Source: an uncultured Parachlamydiaceae bacterium (lineage in GTDB: Bacteria > Chlamydiota > Chlamydiia > Chlamydiales > Parachlamydiaceae). From it: 64,000 nt of DNA. The number at the start of each line of letters is the position of its first letter. The first letter of the stretch is position 1. Made by a program: the position numbers and the translations under genes. Below, one piece after another: positions 29,847 to 40,010 of the stretch. The DNA is taken from positions 544,001-608,000 of the forward strand of contig CAVULX010000003.1 of the NCBI GenBank assembly GCA_963742415.1, given 5' to 3'. A model generated the notes under the pieces. That model ran no database searches and was not told the origin of the DNA. It worked only from the letters and a program-made list of their open reading frames with translations.

Positions 29847-32800
29847 ATGTTTGGGTTTTTAAAAAAAATTTTTGGCTCCGCGCAAGATCGACAAGTTCGT
29901 CGACACGCAAAAGTTGTAGAACACGTCAATCGCTGGGATGAGCAATTCCAGTCTTTAAGCGATGAGGCTTTGAAAGGGAAGACGGCTGAATTTCGGGAAC
30001 GGCTGAAGAAAGGGGAGTCGCTCGATTCCTTGCTTCCTGAAGCCTATGCGGTTGTCAAAAATGTATGCCGGCGGCTTTGCGGCACCGAAGTCCATGTCTC
30101 AGGCTATAATCAAAAATGGGATATGGTTCCATTCGATGTCCAAATCATCGGAGCCATTGCCTTACACTATGGATCGATTGCTGAAATGCAAACCGGTGAA
30201 GGGAAGACGTTAACAGCCGTCATGCCCCTCTACCTCAATGCATTGACAGGAAAACCCGTCCACCTTGTCACCGTCAACGATTACTTAGCGCAACGGGACT
30301 GCGAATGGGTAGGGACCATCTTCCGTTGGCTGGGATTGACAACAGGATCTCTGACCAATAATACCCCGCAAGAGCAACGAAGAGCGATCTATCAATCTGA
30401 TGTGGTCTATGGAACCGCTTCTGAATTTGGCTTCGACTATTTACGCGATAATTCGATGGTTGTCCGCAAAGAAGATCAGGTGCAAAGAGGGTTCTACTAT
30501 GCCATTATCGACGAAGTCGATTCCATCTTGATCGACGAAGCCCGCACCCCCTTGATCATTTCAGGGCCTGTACCCGTCAGCCGTCAAATGTATGATGAAC
30601 TGAAAACCGGCGTTGCCGAATTGGTTCGATGCCAGCGCGACCTGTGCAACCGGTTGGCAACTGACGGGCGCAAAGTTCTCGAAAAGCCTGAAATGGCCGA
30701 AGGGGAGATCCAAAGGGAAAAGAAAGACAAGCAACAGATAGAAGAGGAAGACCAAGCCTTGCGCAAAATGTGGCTCGTCAGCAAAGGAACTCCCAATAAT
30801 AAAATTCTTAAACGCCTTAAAGAAGATCCCGATATCCGGATGTCCTTGGATAAAATGGATCTTTTTTTCTATTCCGATACCAATAAAGAGGAAAAAGCCA
30901 AGGCTTTGGCTGAACTGTTCATGATCGTCGATGAGAGGGCCAGTGAATACGAGCTGACAGATAAAGGAATTCAGGCTTGGCATGAGGTCACGGGTGGGAA
31001 TACCGATGATTTTGTCATGATGGACATCAGCCATGAATACCTAAAGATTGATGAAAACACCGAGTTCGATGAAGAGGCTAAAATGCAAGCCAAGCTTGCA
31101 GTTCAAGAAGAAGACGCCAAACGGAAAGAGCGGGCGCATAATCTACGGCAGCTGCTTCGGGCCCATCTCCTCATGGAAAAAGATGTCGATTACATCGTTC
31201 AAGAAGACAAAATTATCATCATCGATGAAAACACAGGCCGTCCTCAGCCGGGAAGGCGTTTTTCCGATGGACTCCACCAAGCGATCGAAGCCAAAGAAGG
31301 TGTCTCCATCCAGAAAGAAACCCAAACGTATGCGACGATCACCCTGCAAAATTATTTCCGGATGTACGATAAGCTTGCCGGGATGACCGGTACAGCCATG
31401 ACCGAAGCCAATGAATTAAAGCAGATCTACAAGATGGATGTGCTTGAAATTCCTACCCACAAAACATGTATCCGCTCCGATTACAACGATGAAATCTACA
31501 TGACCGAAAGGGAAAAATACAACGCCATCTTAAAAGAAGTGCGTGAAATCCATGAAAAAGGCCGACCAATCCTGATCGGTACCGAATCGGTGGAAGTTTC
31601 TGAAAAACTTTCCCGCATTTTCAAGCAAAATAAACTCGACCACGTCGTCTTAAACGCGAAACAGAACGATAAAGAAGCTGAAATCGTCGCTCATGCCGGA
31701 AGAAGAGGCTCCATTACGATTGCGACTAATATGGCTGGACGCGGAACCGACATTAAACTTGAAAAGGGGATCGCAGATATAGGCGGCCTCTATGTCATGG
31801 GAACCACGCGCCATCAGTCACGCCGTATCGACAGGCAGCTGCGAGGCCGCTGCGCACGGCAAGGGGATCCCGGTTCTGCTAAATTTTACGTTTCTTTCGA
31901 AGATCATCTGTTACGCCTATTTGCATCGCCCCGCATGACGGCTATCTTGCAACGGTTTCGTCCGCCCGAAGGGGAGCCCATTTCCGCCGGAATATTGAAT
32001 AAATCGATCGAAACGGCGCAAAAACGGATCGAACAACGCAATTATGTCGTCCGCAAGCACACCTTAGAATATGACGATGTCATGAATAAACAGCGGCAGG
32101 AGATCTATGCCTTCCGCAACAGCGTCTTGCATGAAAACAATGTGGCTCCATTGGCTATTGAAGTGTTGGAGAGTGTGTGCGCTTTTTCTGCCGATGATTT
32201 TTTCAAAAGCCGCGGCGACGAAGGGTGGGATCCCGAAGGGTATCGCCAATGGTTGATGCAACACTTTCCGGTCACTTTTGAAGAAGGGTGTTTTGATAAC
32301 GAATACATGGATGAAGAAGAATTAGTCAAACTCGCTTCAGATAAAACCGTGAAAGCATTTAAAGAAAAGCTAGAAAGGGAATCAGATAAAATTCCTACTG
32401 CCCAGGAGGTCTCTTCGAGCGATCTGAAGTTGCGTCAGCCTGTCAACGAAGCTGTGAGGAATTTGATGATCCGAAAAATAGATCAACGGTGGCAAGAGCA
32501 CCTGCTCGTCATGGACCATTTGCGGGCAGATGTGAATTTGAGAACAGTGGGACAGCGGGATCCATTAACTGAATTCAAACACGAGTCATTTGCGATGTTT
32601 GAGGAATTCAGCAAGACGTTGCGTACTGAAATAGCCCATGATCTCTTCCGTTTTGAAATGGTTGTAAGGCAAATGCCAACGATTGAGCAATTGCTGTCTG
32701 TGCTGAGACTCGAAACAAACCGCTCTTTGGTCTCCGATTTAGAGGCGCCGCCAGTTCCACAGCAAGCTTCTCCTGAGGATAACCACCAGGCTGTGAAAGA

Positions 32801-32921
32801 ACAGGAAAAAGTAGTTCCCGTCGAGGTGGGTCCCAAGGTGGGTCGCAACGACACATGCCCTTGTGGGAGTGGGAAAAAATACAAAAAATGTTGCGGCGCC
32901 ACCCACGAAGATGAAGAATAA
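29847..32921 (+). CDS. secA: Preprotein translocase SecA
   Basis: 'MQTGEGKT', 'IDEVDSILIDEARTPLIISG', 'ATNMAGRGTDI', C-terminal SEC-C motif. Confidence 0.99.
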   Translation: MFGFLKKIFGSAQDRQVRRHAKVVEHVNRWDEQFQSLSDEALKGKTAEFRERLKKGESLDSLLPEAYAVVKNVCRRLCGTEVHVSGYNQKWDMVPFDVQIIGAIALHYGSIAEMQTGEGKTLTAVMPLYLNALTGKPVHLVTVNDYLAQRDCEWVGTIFRWLGLTTGSLTNNTPQEQRRAIYQSDVVYGTASEFGFDYLRDNSMVVRKEDQVQRGFYYAIIDEVDSILIDEARTPLIISGPVPVSRQMYDELKTGVAELVRCQRDLCNRLATDGRKVLEKPEMAEGEIQREKKDKQQIEEEDQALRKMWLVSKGTPNNKILKRLKEDPDIRMSLDKMDLFFYSDTNKEEKAKALAELFMIVDERASEYELTDKGIQAWHEVTGGNTDDFVMMDISHEYLKIDENTEFDEEAKMQAKLAVQEEDAKRKERAHNLRQLLRAHLLMEKDVDYIVQEDKIIIIDENTGRPQPGRRFSDGLHQAIEAKEGVSIQKETQTYATITLQNYFRMYDKLAGMTGTAMTEANELKQIYKMDVLEIPTHKTCIRSDYNDEIYMTEREKYNAILKEVREIHEKGRPILIGTESVEVSEKLSRIFKQNKLDHVVLNAKQNDKEAEIVAHAGRRGSITIATNMAGRGTDIKLEKGIADIGGLYVMGTTRHQSRRIDRQLRGRCARQGDPGSAKFYVSFEDHLLRLFASPRMTAILQRFRPPEGEPISAGILNKSIETAQKRIEQRNYVVRKHTLEYDDVMNKQRQEIYAFRNSVLHENNVAPLAIEVLESVCAFSADDFFKSRGDEGWDPEGYRQWLMQHFPVTFEEGCFDNEYMDEEELVKLASDKTVKAFKEKLERESDKIPTAQEVSSSDLKLRQPVNEAVRNLMIRKIDQRWQEHLLVMDHLRADVNLRTVGQRDPLTEFKHESFAMFEEFSKTLRTEIAHDLFRFEMVVRQMPTIEQLLSVLRLETNRSLVSDLEAPPVPQQASPEDNHQAVKEQEKVVPVEVGPKVGRNDTCPCGSGKKYKKCCGATHEDEE

Positions 32922-33066
32922 CAAAAAAAGAACAGGATAAGCAAGATCGCCTTCGGCGGCAGGATAAGCAAAGATAAAAAATTAATAGAACACAAACACA
33001 TAATTTTTTATCTTTGCTTATCCTGCCGCCGAAGGCGATCTTGCTTATCCTGTTCTTTTTTTGTTA
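32919..33066. repeat. Palindromic element family B copy 2 (perfect 66-bp arms, 16-nt loop); probable bidirectional terminator
   Basis: 32919-32984 is the exact reverse complement of 33001-33066; begins at the secA TAA. Confidence 0.95.
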
Positions 33067-33115
33067 ACCTCCGTGCTTCTTTGGAAAAAAAACTTTTAAT
33101 CTTTGTATAATGATT

Positions 33116-34981
33116 TCAATCCTTGTTTTTTGCGAATCTCTGCACAATTTCATCTTCAAAGCTAGGCGGCAAAAGGGTGACAGCACAAGTTTTTTGGTAG
33201 TTGCTAATGATTAAAGCCTCAATGTTTTTCTTTTGTTCATCCGAAAGATTATTATTCAATTTTGCTTCAATTTTCCTAAAACAATCGGTCCTTACGTTTA
33301 GGAGCTTTTCTTTGAGTTTTTTAGCGGAATCAAAAAGATTTCCTTTTCTGTCGTTGTCGATGTCAGAGAGTTTCTGAATATTATGCAGGCCAGTGGTAAA
33401 GTCTTGTTCATTAAAAGAAGTTGCAGCGATATTTCGAAGAATTTTGGCTTCTTCTGTTTCAAGGACTTTCGCGCTATTCATAAGTTCTTGAAAAGCATCA
33501 AAGTCTTTCATGGACACATTATAGATAAATTCTTCGAGTGAAAATAAATCATACGCATTTGTCCAGGAAACGACCCTGGTCGAACATAATTCCCCATCAT
33601 AATTATAGGCAAAATACTTTGGATTTAGAGGAAAAATGAGTTTTTGGTTTTGATTTAGAATTTTTATAAATTCAATAACGGTTTCTTTGTAGTCCGCATC
33701 TTCGTATAAACATTCATCTATCCATCGATGACCACCCCAAGGAGTATGGAGTTTTTCTATGAGGGCGAATTTCCCTTCCGGGTCAATATGCTTAACTTTC
33801 GGTAAAGGGAAAAAGTCGTCCAATTGAGGATCAATATGAAAATCGGGAATGCGGATTTGGTTGATCCCAATGACTGCTTCATTTCTTCCCACCCAAAACA
33901 GTAATTTCTCTACGTCATCTTGTTTAGTCAATTGGGGTAATTCTTCAAATGGATTTTCTATCTCCGCTTGGCCCAAGATTTTTTCACCAATGTGATACTC
34001 CTGTATTTCAAAAAAAACATTCCTATCAAATTCTTTTTCCGTAGCCCCAATTTGTTCTCCTAGAACAATTTTATGGATCGTGACAATAGTTGACTGCTGA
34101 TCTTGTTTATAAGATTTAGAAATCAAAATCTTACCGGGGACTAATGTATTTCTCCATTGAATATGCTCTGGATCCCGAGTTAAGAGTGGACTACCAGATA
34201 AATTAAGGTTTTCCCATGTCTTTTGCATTTGATATTCCAAGCGGCTTAGATTGGGAAGTTCTCCAGGCTTATCAGCGAGGGTTTTGTGCCTGAAAGCATG
34301 CTCTACAATTGCTTTTAGTCCTCTATGGAGAATGCGAGGAGATACTTTGGCTCTGTGTACATTCGATATGAAATTCTCCCAACTCTCCTTTTCGACCAGG
34401 GGATCATTTCCTTTGGAAATTTCCATCATCAAACGGTAAGGCAAATGGAATCCAAGCTGAGCTCGCAAATCAATTTCATGATAAAATCTTTTGATATCAG
34501 GGGAAAACTTGAAACAATCGAAAAAAAAATCCTTGCTGAAGGCTTTAACTTTCCGATATCGGCTTATGGAAGCTGCTTGGACAAAATAAGAGGTTGCATT
34601 ATAAAAATCCTGGATGAAAGAAACGGTGGTGTTGTCTATCGAGGCTTCCTTATTTTTAAAACGTTCATCCAAGTAGCTTTCATAGGCGAGCAAATGTGTG
34701 TTTTCAAGCGCTTTTAGATAAAATCTAAAGTTTTCACCTGTTTTTTTTAGGGCTTCTTTGACGGCTTCAATCCGTGTATTATCCCCCCACAAGTAAGCCC
34801 AGCGATGAATTCCATTATAGTTAATACCCTCTTCGTTCCACACAAGATTCGGATACAACCCTTCGTATAATTCCTTATCATCTAGTGTTTTACTATCTTG
34901 ATGTTGAGGATCTTCATCGGCTTGACATAATGTATATAAATTAAAGGCAAAAGTATGAAAAGAAAGGGCGGGAGTGTGCAT
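33116..34981 (-). CDS. Hypothetical protein, possible degenerate protein-kinase-like domain
   Basis: 621-aa ORF; 'LGEQIG', 'LPKVKHIDPEGKFALIEKL', 'PLNPKYFAYNYDGEL'. Confidence 0.55.
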   Translation of the reverse strand: MHTPALSFHTFAFNLYTLCQADEDPQHQDSKTLDDKELYEGLYPNLVWNEEGINYNGIHRWAYLWGDNTRIEAVKEALKKTGENFRFYLKALENTHLLAYESYLDERFKNKEASIDNTTVSFIQDFYNATSYFVQAASISRYRKVKAFSKDFFFDCFKFSPDIKRFYHEIDLRAQLGFHLPYRLMMEISKGNDPLVEKESWENFISNVHRAKVSPRILHRGLKAIVEHAFRHKTLADKPGELPNLSRLEYQMQKTWENLNLSGSPLLTRDPEHIQWRNTLVPGKILISKSYKQDQQSTIVTIHKIVLGEQIGATEKEFDRNVFFEIQEYHIGEKILGQAEIENPFEELPQLTKQDDVEKLLFWVGRNEAVIGINQIRIPDFHIDPQLDDFFPLPKVKHIDPEGKFALIEKLHTPWGGHRWIDECLYEDADYKETVIEFIKILNQNQKLIFPLNPKYFAYNYDGELCSTRVVSWTNAYDLFSLEEFIYNVSMKDFDAFQELMNSAKVLETEEAKILRNIAATSFNEQDFTTGLHNIQKLSDIDNDRKGNLFDSAKKLKEKLLNVRTDCFRKIEAKLNNNLSDEQKKNIEALIISNYQKTCAVTLLPPSFEDEIVQRFAKNKD

Positions 34982-35124
34982 AAATGAGTTACCTTATTGT
35001 GATAAAATAACAGAAACACAAAGGTCTCTGAAAAAGATTAAGTTAACCAACAAACCACACGTTCATAGTTGTTGGCAAGCTAAACGGCTGTATGTCTTTG
35101 CAGCGGAAATAAAAGAATTCTTAT

Positions 35125-35835
35125 CTAATCATCATCTTTAAAAATGTAATTCCACTCATAAGGAGAATAATACCGTGGGAGCTCTAAATCGGGCGAAAAG
35201 TATTGTTCTTTTAATGGGCGGCTAGTTTCGATCTCCACAACTTCTTTAAACATTTTTTCAGACTCTCTTTCAAAAATAACAAATTCGCGGCTCTTAAAAT
35301 ATGGCTCTATCCTATAATCCCATAAGTTCACGCCATTATATTTGTTATCGAAAGCATAAAATTTGGCTTCACCATCTTCTAACTTGATATAACTGACGTA
35401 GTAGGGATCAACAAAGAGTCCATGGAAGCTCTCAAAGTTAATGTATATTTCTAAATTACCTTCATTGAGGGGATATTGAATAAACTCAGCCCCTAAAATA
35501 GGATTTCTATTAAGTTCAGCCAGAAGCCCTTCAACCAGATCGACCAAGATCATTCTTGCTTCTCTAATTTCAAGTACGTCTTGCGAAAGGAATTCCATAT
35601 GGATTGCGTTGATGGTGTCGTCGTAATAGACTTTAGAATCTTCAAGCCTTAGGTGTTTCGCATGTCTCAGGTAAGGAAGAAAATGTTGGAGGGCATGCAC
35701 AATTTCAGGGCCGTCGATCTTTTTTACCCACTGGCCATCTCCAACCCAAGGATCATCCTTATGGTATTTTGATAAACAACCTGAGAGCAGAGTAAAGAAG
35801 AGAACGATAAGGATAAACCGAGAGGGGTAGTACAT
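35125..35835 (-). CDS. Hypothetical lipoprotein
   Basis: Lipobox LLSG-C. Confidence 0.7.
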   Translation of the reverse strand: MYYPSRFILIVLFFTLLSGCLSKYHKDDPWVGDGQWVKKIDGPEIVHALQHFLPYLRHAKHLRLEDSKVYYDDTINAIHMEFLSQDVLEIREARMILVDLVEGLLAELNRNPILGAEFIQYPLNEGNLEIYINFESFHGLFVDPYYVSYIKLEDGEAKFYAFDNKYNGVNLWDYRIEPYFKSREFVIFERESEKMFKEVVEIETSRPLKEQYFSPDLELPRYYSPYEWNYIFKDDD

Positions 35836-35912
35836 GGTTGAAAATGACCTCTACTTAAGTTGCTTAAATACTAAATTCTATTTTTTTGGGGAATATTTGA
35901 AAAGCAACAACT

Positions 35913-36869
35913 TTACTTTATGCCATAGAATCGTTTGTACCACACAGTAAAATATTTAAGTCCTTGTTCAAGTGAAGTTTTAGGAATGTACCCGAGAAAG
36001 CTTCGGCTTTTTTCAATGTCCGCATAGGTGATTTCGATATCGCCCGGTTGCATGGGAACTAAAGTCGTATGAGCTTTTTTGTTTAATAATTTTTCTAAAA
36101 TTTCAACGAAATGACTGAGCTTTTCCGGTCGATGATTTCCCAAGTTAAAAATTTCATGAGGAGCTTCTAAATCCAGAGCCGCTGCAGTGCCTGCAACGAC
36201 ATCGTCGATATAAGTAAAATCCCTTTGCATAGCACCGTGATTAAATAACTCAATCGGTTTATTTTCTAGGATCGCTTTAGTAAAAGAAAAATAGGCCATA
36301 TCCGGACGGCCCCAAGGGCCATACACAGTAAAAAAACGGAGCCCTGTTACAGGGATGCCGTAAAGATGGTGATAGCAGAAAGCCATCAATTCATTTGCTT
36401 TTTTTGTCGCTCCGTACAGGCTTGCAGGATGATCAGTTTGATCCCCTTCGGAAAAAGGGATCTTGCTATTAAGCCCATAAACAGAAGAGGAAGAAGCATA
36501 GGTCAATTTAATGGAGGAGTGGCGGCAAATTTCCAGGATGTTGGAAAAACCCTCCAAGTTTGAAGCCATGTAGGCTTGCGGATTCACGAGGGAATAACGG
36601 ACTCCTGCTTGAGCGGCTAAATGAACGATGTGTGTTGTCGAATGCTTTTGAACAGCATCATGAAGTCGTTTTTTAGTGCAAATATCCCCATGGAGAACAG
36701 AAATTTTATTTTTTTTTAATTCATTTGCTCTTTGCTTTTTGAGTTCTGGATCATAATAGTCGTTAAAGTTGTCATACCCAAGGACATGATCCCCCCTGGC
36801 TTGAAGATGCAGCGCTAAATGGAAACCGATAAACCCCGCGGCTCCTGTAATAAACACATTTTTTTTCAT
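35913..36869 (-). CDS. NAD-dependent epimerase, UDP-glucuronate 4-epimerase-like
   Basis: 'TGAAGFIG', 'HLAAQAGVRYS', 'YGATKKANE', 'GPWGRPDMA'. Confidence 0.93.
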   Translation of the reverse strand: MKKNVFITGAAGFIGFHLALHLQARGDHVLGYDNFNDYYDPELKKQRANELKKNKISVLHGDICTKKRLHDAVQKHSTTHIVHLAAQAGVRYSLVNPQAYMASNLEGFSNILEICRHSSIKLTYASSSSVYGLNSKIPFSEGDQTDHPASLYGATKKANELMAFCYHHLYGIPVTGLRFFTVYGPWGRPDMAYFSFTKAILENKPIELFNHGAMQRDFTYIDDVVAGTAAALDLEAPHEIFNLGNHRPEKLSHFVEILEKLLNKKAHTTLVPMQPGDIEITYADIEKSRSFLGYIPKTSLEQGLKYFTVWYKRFYGIK

Positions 36870-37035
36870 ATTAGATCAATTTCTCTCAAAGTTGTCGAGG
36901 ATTGAACTTACGCCAAAAAAGGGTGGCTGTCAATGGATAAAAAGAGAGCTTGCAAACAACAGCAGATGAAAGTAATTAAAAAAATGATATAATGTTGTCT
37001 CTTTGATAAAAACTATTTGCTTTAGAGTATAGACT

Positions 37036-37695
37036 ATGACCCCTTTTTCTAGCCCAAAACCTATTGTAGCAGCCTTTGACTTTGATGGAACCCTCACTTA
37101 TCACGATACCCTCATCCCCTTTCTATTCTTAGTTGCAGGCCGTTTCCGCACTTTAATGTCGATTTTTCTTTTACTCCCCTTTTTCATTGCCTGTGGATGT
37201 GGATTCTATTCAAGGCAAAAAGCCAAAGAAAAACTACTTAAAAACTTAATTGGGGGGATGCCGCTGTCGGAGATCCAGCAAAAAGGGATCGCTTTTGTCC
37301 AAGGTCCCCTTAAGAAAAAGTTAAGGCCAGAAGGGATGAATCGGCTCCGGTGGCACCAAAATCAAGGCCACCGCTGCATCCTTGTCAGTGCGACATTAAA
37401 TGTGTACCTTCAACCTTGGTCCATTCAAGAAGGATTTGAAAGTTTGGTCTGCTCGAAGCTACAGGTAGACCCCAACGGCAAAGTCACAGGCTTATTGGAT
37501 GGAGATAATTGTTGGGGCAAAGTCAAGGTGGATCGCTTGATTCAACAAATCGGCTCACGCCATCAGTATATTTTATATGCTTATGGCGATAGCCGCGGTG
37601 ATAAAGAGCTTTTAGAAGCAGCTGACTACCCTTTTTACCGCTCGTTTGGATCGTCTACTGCTGGGGGATCTCAGCAGCCCAATGAAAGTTTGTGA
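37036..37695 (+). CDS. HAD-IB family hydrolase
   Basis: 'FDFDGTLT', 'LVSAT', 'NCWGKVK', 'AYGDSRGD'. Confidence 0.92.
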   Translation: MTPFSSPKPIVAAFDFDGTLTYHDTLIPFLFLVAGRFRTLMSIFLLLPFFIACGCGFYSRQKAKEKLLKNLIGGMPLSEIQQKGIAFVQGPLKKKLRPEGMNRLRWHQNQGHRCILVSATLNVYLQPWSIQEGFESLVCSKLQVDPNGKVTGLLDGDNCWGKVKVDRLIQQIGSRHQYILYAYGDSRGDKELLEAADYPFYRSFGSSTAGGSQQPNESL

Positions 37696-37702
37696 ATACT
37701 CT

Positions 37703-39232
37703 CTAAGCTTTGTTTTTTTCAGTCGAGCTTTCCAGTGCGACTGTGGAGCCTTCCGTTATAACTGTCGAGCCATCAGTTATGATTGTCGTGTCCTCCGTTA
37801 GGGCTGTCAGCCCCTCCTTTATACCTGTCGAGGCCTCCTTTAGGGCTGTTGAATCCTCCCCTATGACGATTGAGCTCTCCTTGATGAATTTTGAGCTCTC
37901 CTTGATGATTTTTGAGTTCTCTTTTATGACGGTCGAGCAACTCTCCTTTATGACGGTTATGGCGGTCGAGCAACCCTCCTTTATGATGGTTGTTGAGCTC
38001 TCTTTTATAATTGTCGAGCTCATTTTTTTTTTATCTTTAATCTCCACCAGTGGACTATGAGGAAGATTGCCGTTATCGACATACTCTACTATTCCTTTGA
38101 TTCCTTTAAATTTTATTTTGTCTATTTTTTCTCCTTCAATTTTGACTTTCACGTGGTGGGTAAATCTTCGGATAGTGGAAAAGCCATCACCCAGAGATGT
38201 TTTCAGAGAGTTTTTCCGTGACTTATGGTCAGATTTTTTAATTGATTTATTGCCAGAATTTCTAATCGATTTATTGTCAGATTTTTTAATTGATTTATTG
38301 TCTTCGATAATTACGACTGATTTCTTGTTCACTTTATTGCCCAAAGAATTGGCTCGACGTTCGCTTTTTCGACGTTCGCTTTTAGCAGAAGCTTTAATTA
38401 TCAAAGCTCCTAGAAGTTTTGTCCCCTTTAATTTTAAGATACATTCATCTGTAGAAGAATCAACATGGATAATAAGATTTTTGCGGATTATAGATTTCTG
38501 AATATTCGCACGACTTCTTGCTTCTACATTACCGAGCTCGCAGAAACAGGCGATGATTTTATCTGTTGTGCTCTTCACTTTTTCTGCTTTAGAGTATGTC
38601 ATATAGATTTCACAGTCTGTTTCAACGGTATCTATCATGCAATTTTTAATCACACACATTGAAATAAAGCGATTTGAAGTAATTTTGAAATTTTCGAGTT
38701 GAATATCACTGATGATTGCAGGTTTACTAGCAAGTTCACCAAATTTATTAGTGTCATGATAGATATCATTCGTAACTTCTTTTATTTTTTTCAGATTTCT
38801 TTCTTCTTTCTGAATATTAACCTTCTTAACTTCTTTTGTTTCTTTCAGATTTTTTTTCTCTTTCTGGACATTAAAAACCTCTTCATATATTTGTCCATAA
38901 AAGGCACTTCTGGCAATCTTGCAATTTGTAATTTCTATCTCATTAACATCGATAGTGGAATTAAAAATACAGCCATAAGAATAATCAGGGACATGATAAT
39001 AATCAGGGTCATGCGTGGATTTCTTTTCGGTTTGGTTTTCTATATCACTAAGGGTTTCTTTATCAACATGGGTTTTGAAAATTGGGGGGGCAAACTCATG
39101 GGTATCTTCTTCCTCATAGGCATCTTCTTCAATGACTCCCTGAGAAAAATTGAAGGTATCATCATTTTTATCACCGGTATAACTAATGGTCAAAGTAGGG
39201 AAATTACTATTATTTCTGCTGTAGGGATGCAC
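37703..39232 (-). CDS. Hypothetical repeat-rich protein
   Basis: 509-aa ORF with 7-aa (IKESST-like) and 8-aa (KSIKKSDN) tandem repeats. Confidence 0.7.
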   Translation of the reverse strand: MHPYSRNNSNFPTLTISYTGDKNDDTFNFSQGVIEEDAYEEEDTHEFAPPIFKTHVDKETLSDIENQTEKKSTHDPDYYHVPDYSYGCIFNSTIDVNEIEITNCKIARSAFYGQIYEEVFNVQKEKKNLKETKEVKKVNIQKEERNLKKIKEVTNDIYHDTNKFGELASKPAIISDIQLENFKITSNRFISMCVIKNCMIDTVETDCEIYMTYSKAEKVKSTTDKIIACFCELGNVEARSRANIQKSIIRKNLIIHVDSSTDECILKLKGTKLLGALIIKASAKSERRKSERRANSLGNKVNKKSVVIIEDNKSIKKSDNKSIRNSGNKSIKKSDHKSRKNSLKTSLGDGFSTIRRFTHHVKVKIEGEKIDKIKFKGIKGIVEYVDNGNLPHSPLVEIKDKKKMSSTIIKESSTTIIKEGCSTAITVIKESCSTVIKENSKIIKESSKFIKESSIVIGEDSTALKEASTGIKEGLTALTEDTTIITDGSTVITEGSTVALESSTEKNKA

Positions 39233-39369
39233 TTTTAATCTCCTAAAAATTAGTAAATTGTTTTTTTACTGAAAATGTTGTTTTTTACAGTTTATTCATT
39301 AATTTATAATGTGGAAGAAGTATTACTGTCAAAATCATTCTTGAGGGTTGTAAGGTTTTGAACACACTC

Positions 39370-39855
39370 TTAATCTTCTGAGTGATTTAACCCTTCTGTG
39401 ATTCTCCAGCCGATGTAAAGAAGCGGCAGCCCCAATAAAATATAAAGAAACCAATAGCTTCCATGCCAGCTCAAGGTAAAAATCCCTTGGCTATTGGAAA
39501 ACAAGACAAGAATAATTCCAAAAAGAACAAAGACTAAGCCCAGGACAAGTGAAGAGATGGCAGCGGCCATTTTTTGAAAAGTGAGGTCCTTAGGTGAAGT
39601 CTGTTCCTCGACAACAGCGTCTTCTTTAACAGCTTCCTCTTCAGAAGCTTGTGTCGAATAGGGGGCTAAGGGGATAATTGTATCCAAGGACACAGAAGAT
39701 AACTTGTAAGGCGGGGTGGGGGGCTCTTCTACGTTGTTTGTTCCTGGAATTGGTGAAATATCTAAACTTACGCCGCAATAAGGGCAGGTTTCATCTTGAA
39801 GAGAAACATTTCCTTCACAATTCCAACATAACTTTTTTTTTGTTTTAGGAGCCAT
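39370..39855 (-). CDS. Zinc-ribbon membrane protein (chlamydial, divergent from lpdA)
   Basis: CWNC...CPYC plus two C-terminal TM helices. Confidence 0.75.
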   Translation of the reverse strand: MAPKTKKKLCWNCEGNVSLQDETCPYCGVSLDISPIPGTNNVEEPPTPPYKLSSVSLDTIIPLAPYSTQASEEEAVKEDAVVEEQTSPKDLTFQKMAAAISSLVLGLVFVLFGIILVLFSNSQGIFTLSWHGSYWFLYILLGLPLLYIGWRITEGLNHSED

Positions 39856-40010
39856 ATTAATAACTACTTATGATTAATAAATCTATGACCGAAAGATCCT
39901 TTTTATTGCAAGCAATTATCCATCCTAATCTCTCATTTTCTTCTTTCTTCTATCAGTTTGCTTCGGTAAGCTAGAAGCATACGCAATAGTGTTAATTTTG
40001 AGGAAAAGTT

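Noticed and set aside
37710..39238. Long plus-strand ORFs antisense to the repeat protein (similarly 20304-20885)
   Set aside because: Shadow ORFs expected from low-complexity codon usage on the opposite strand.
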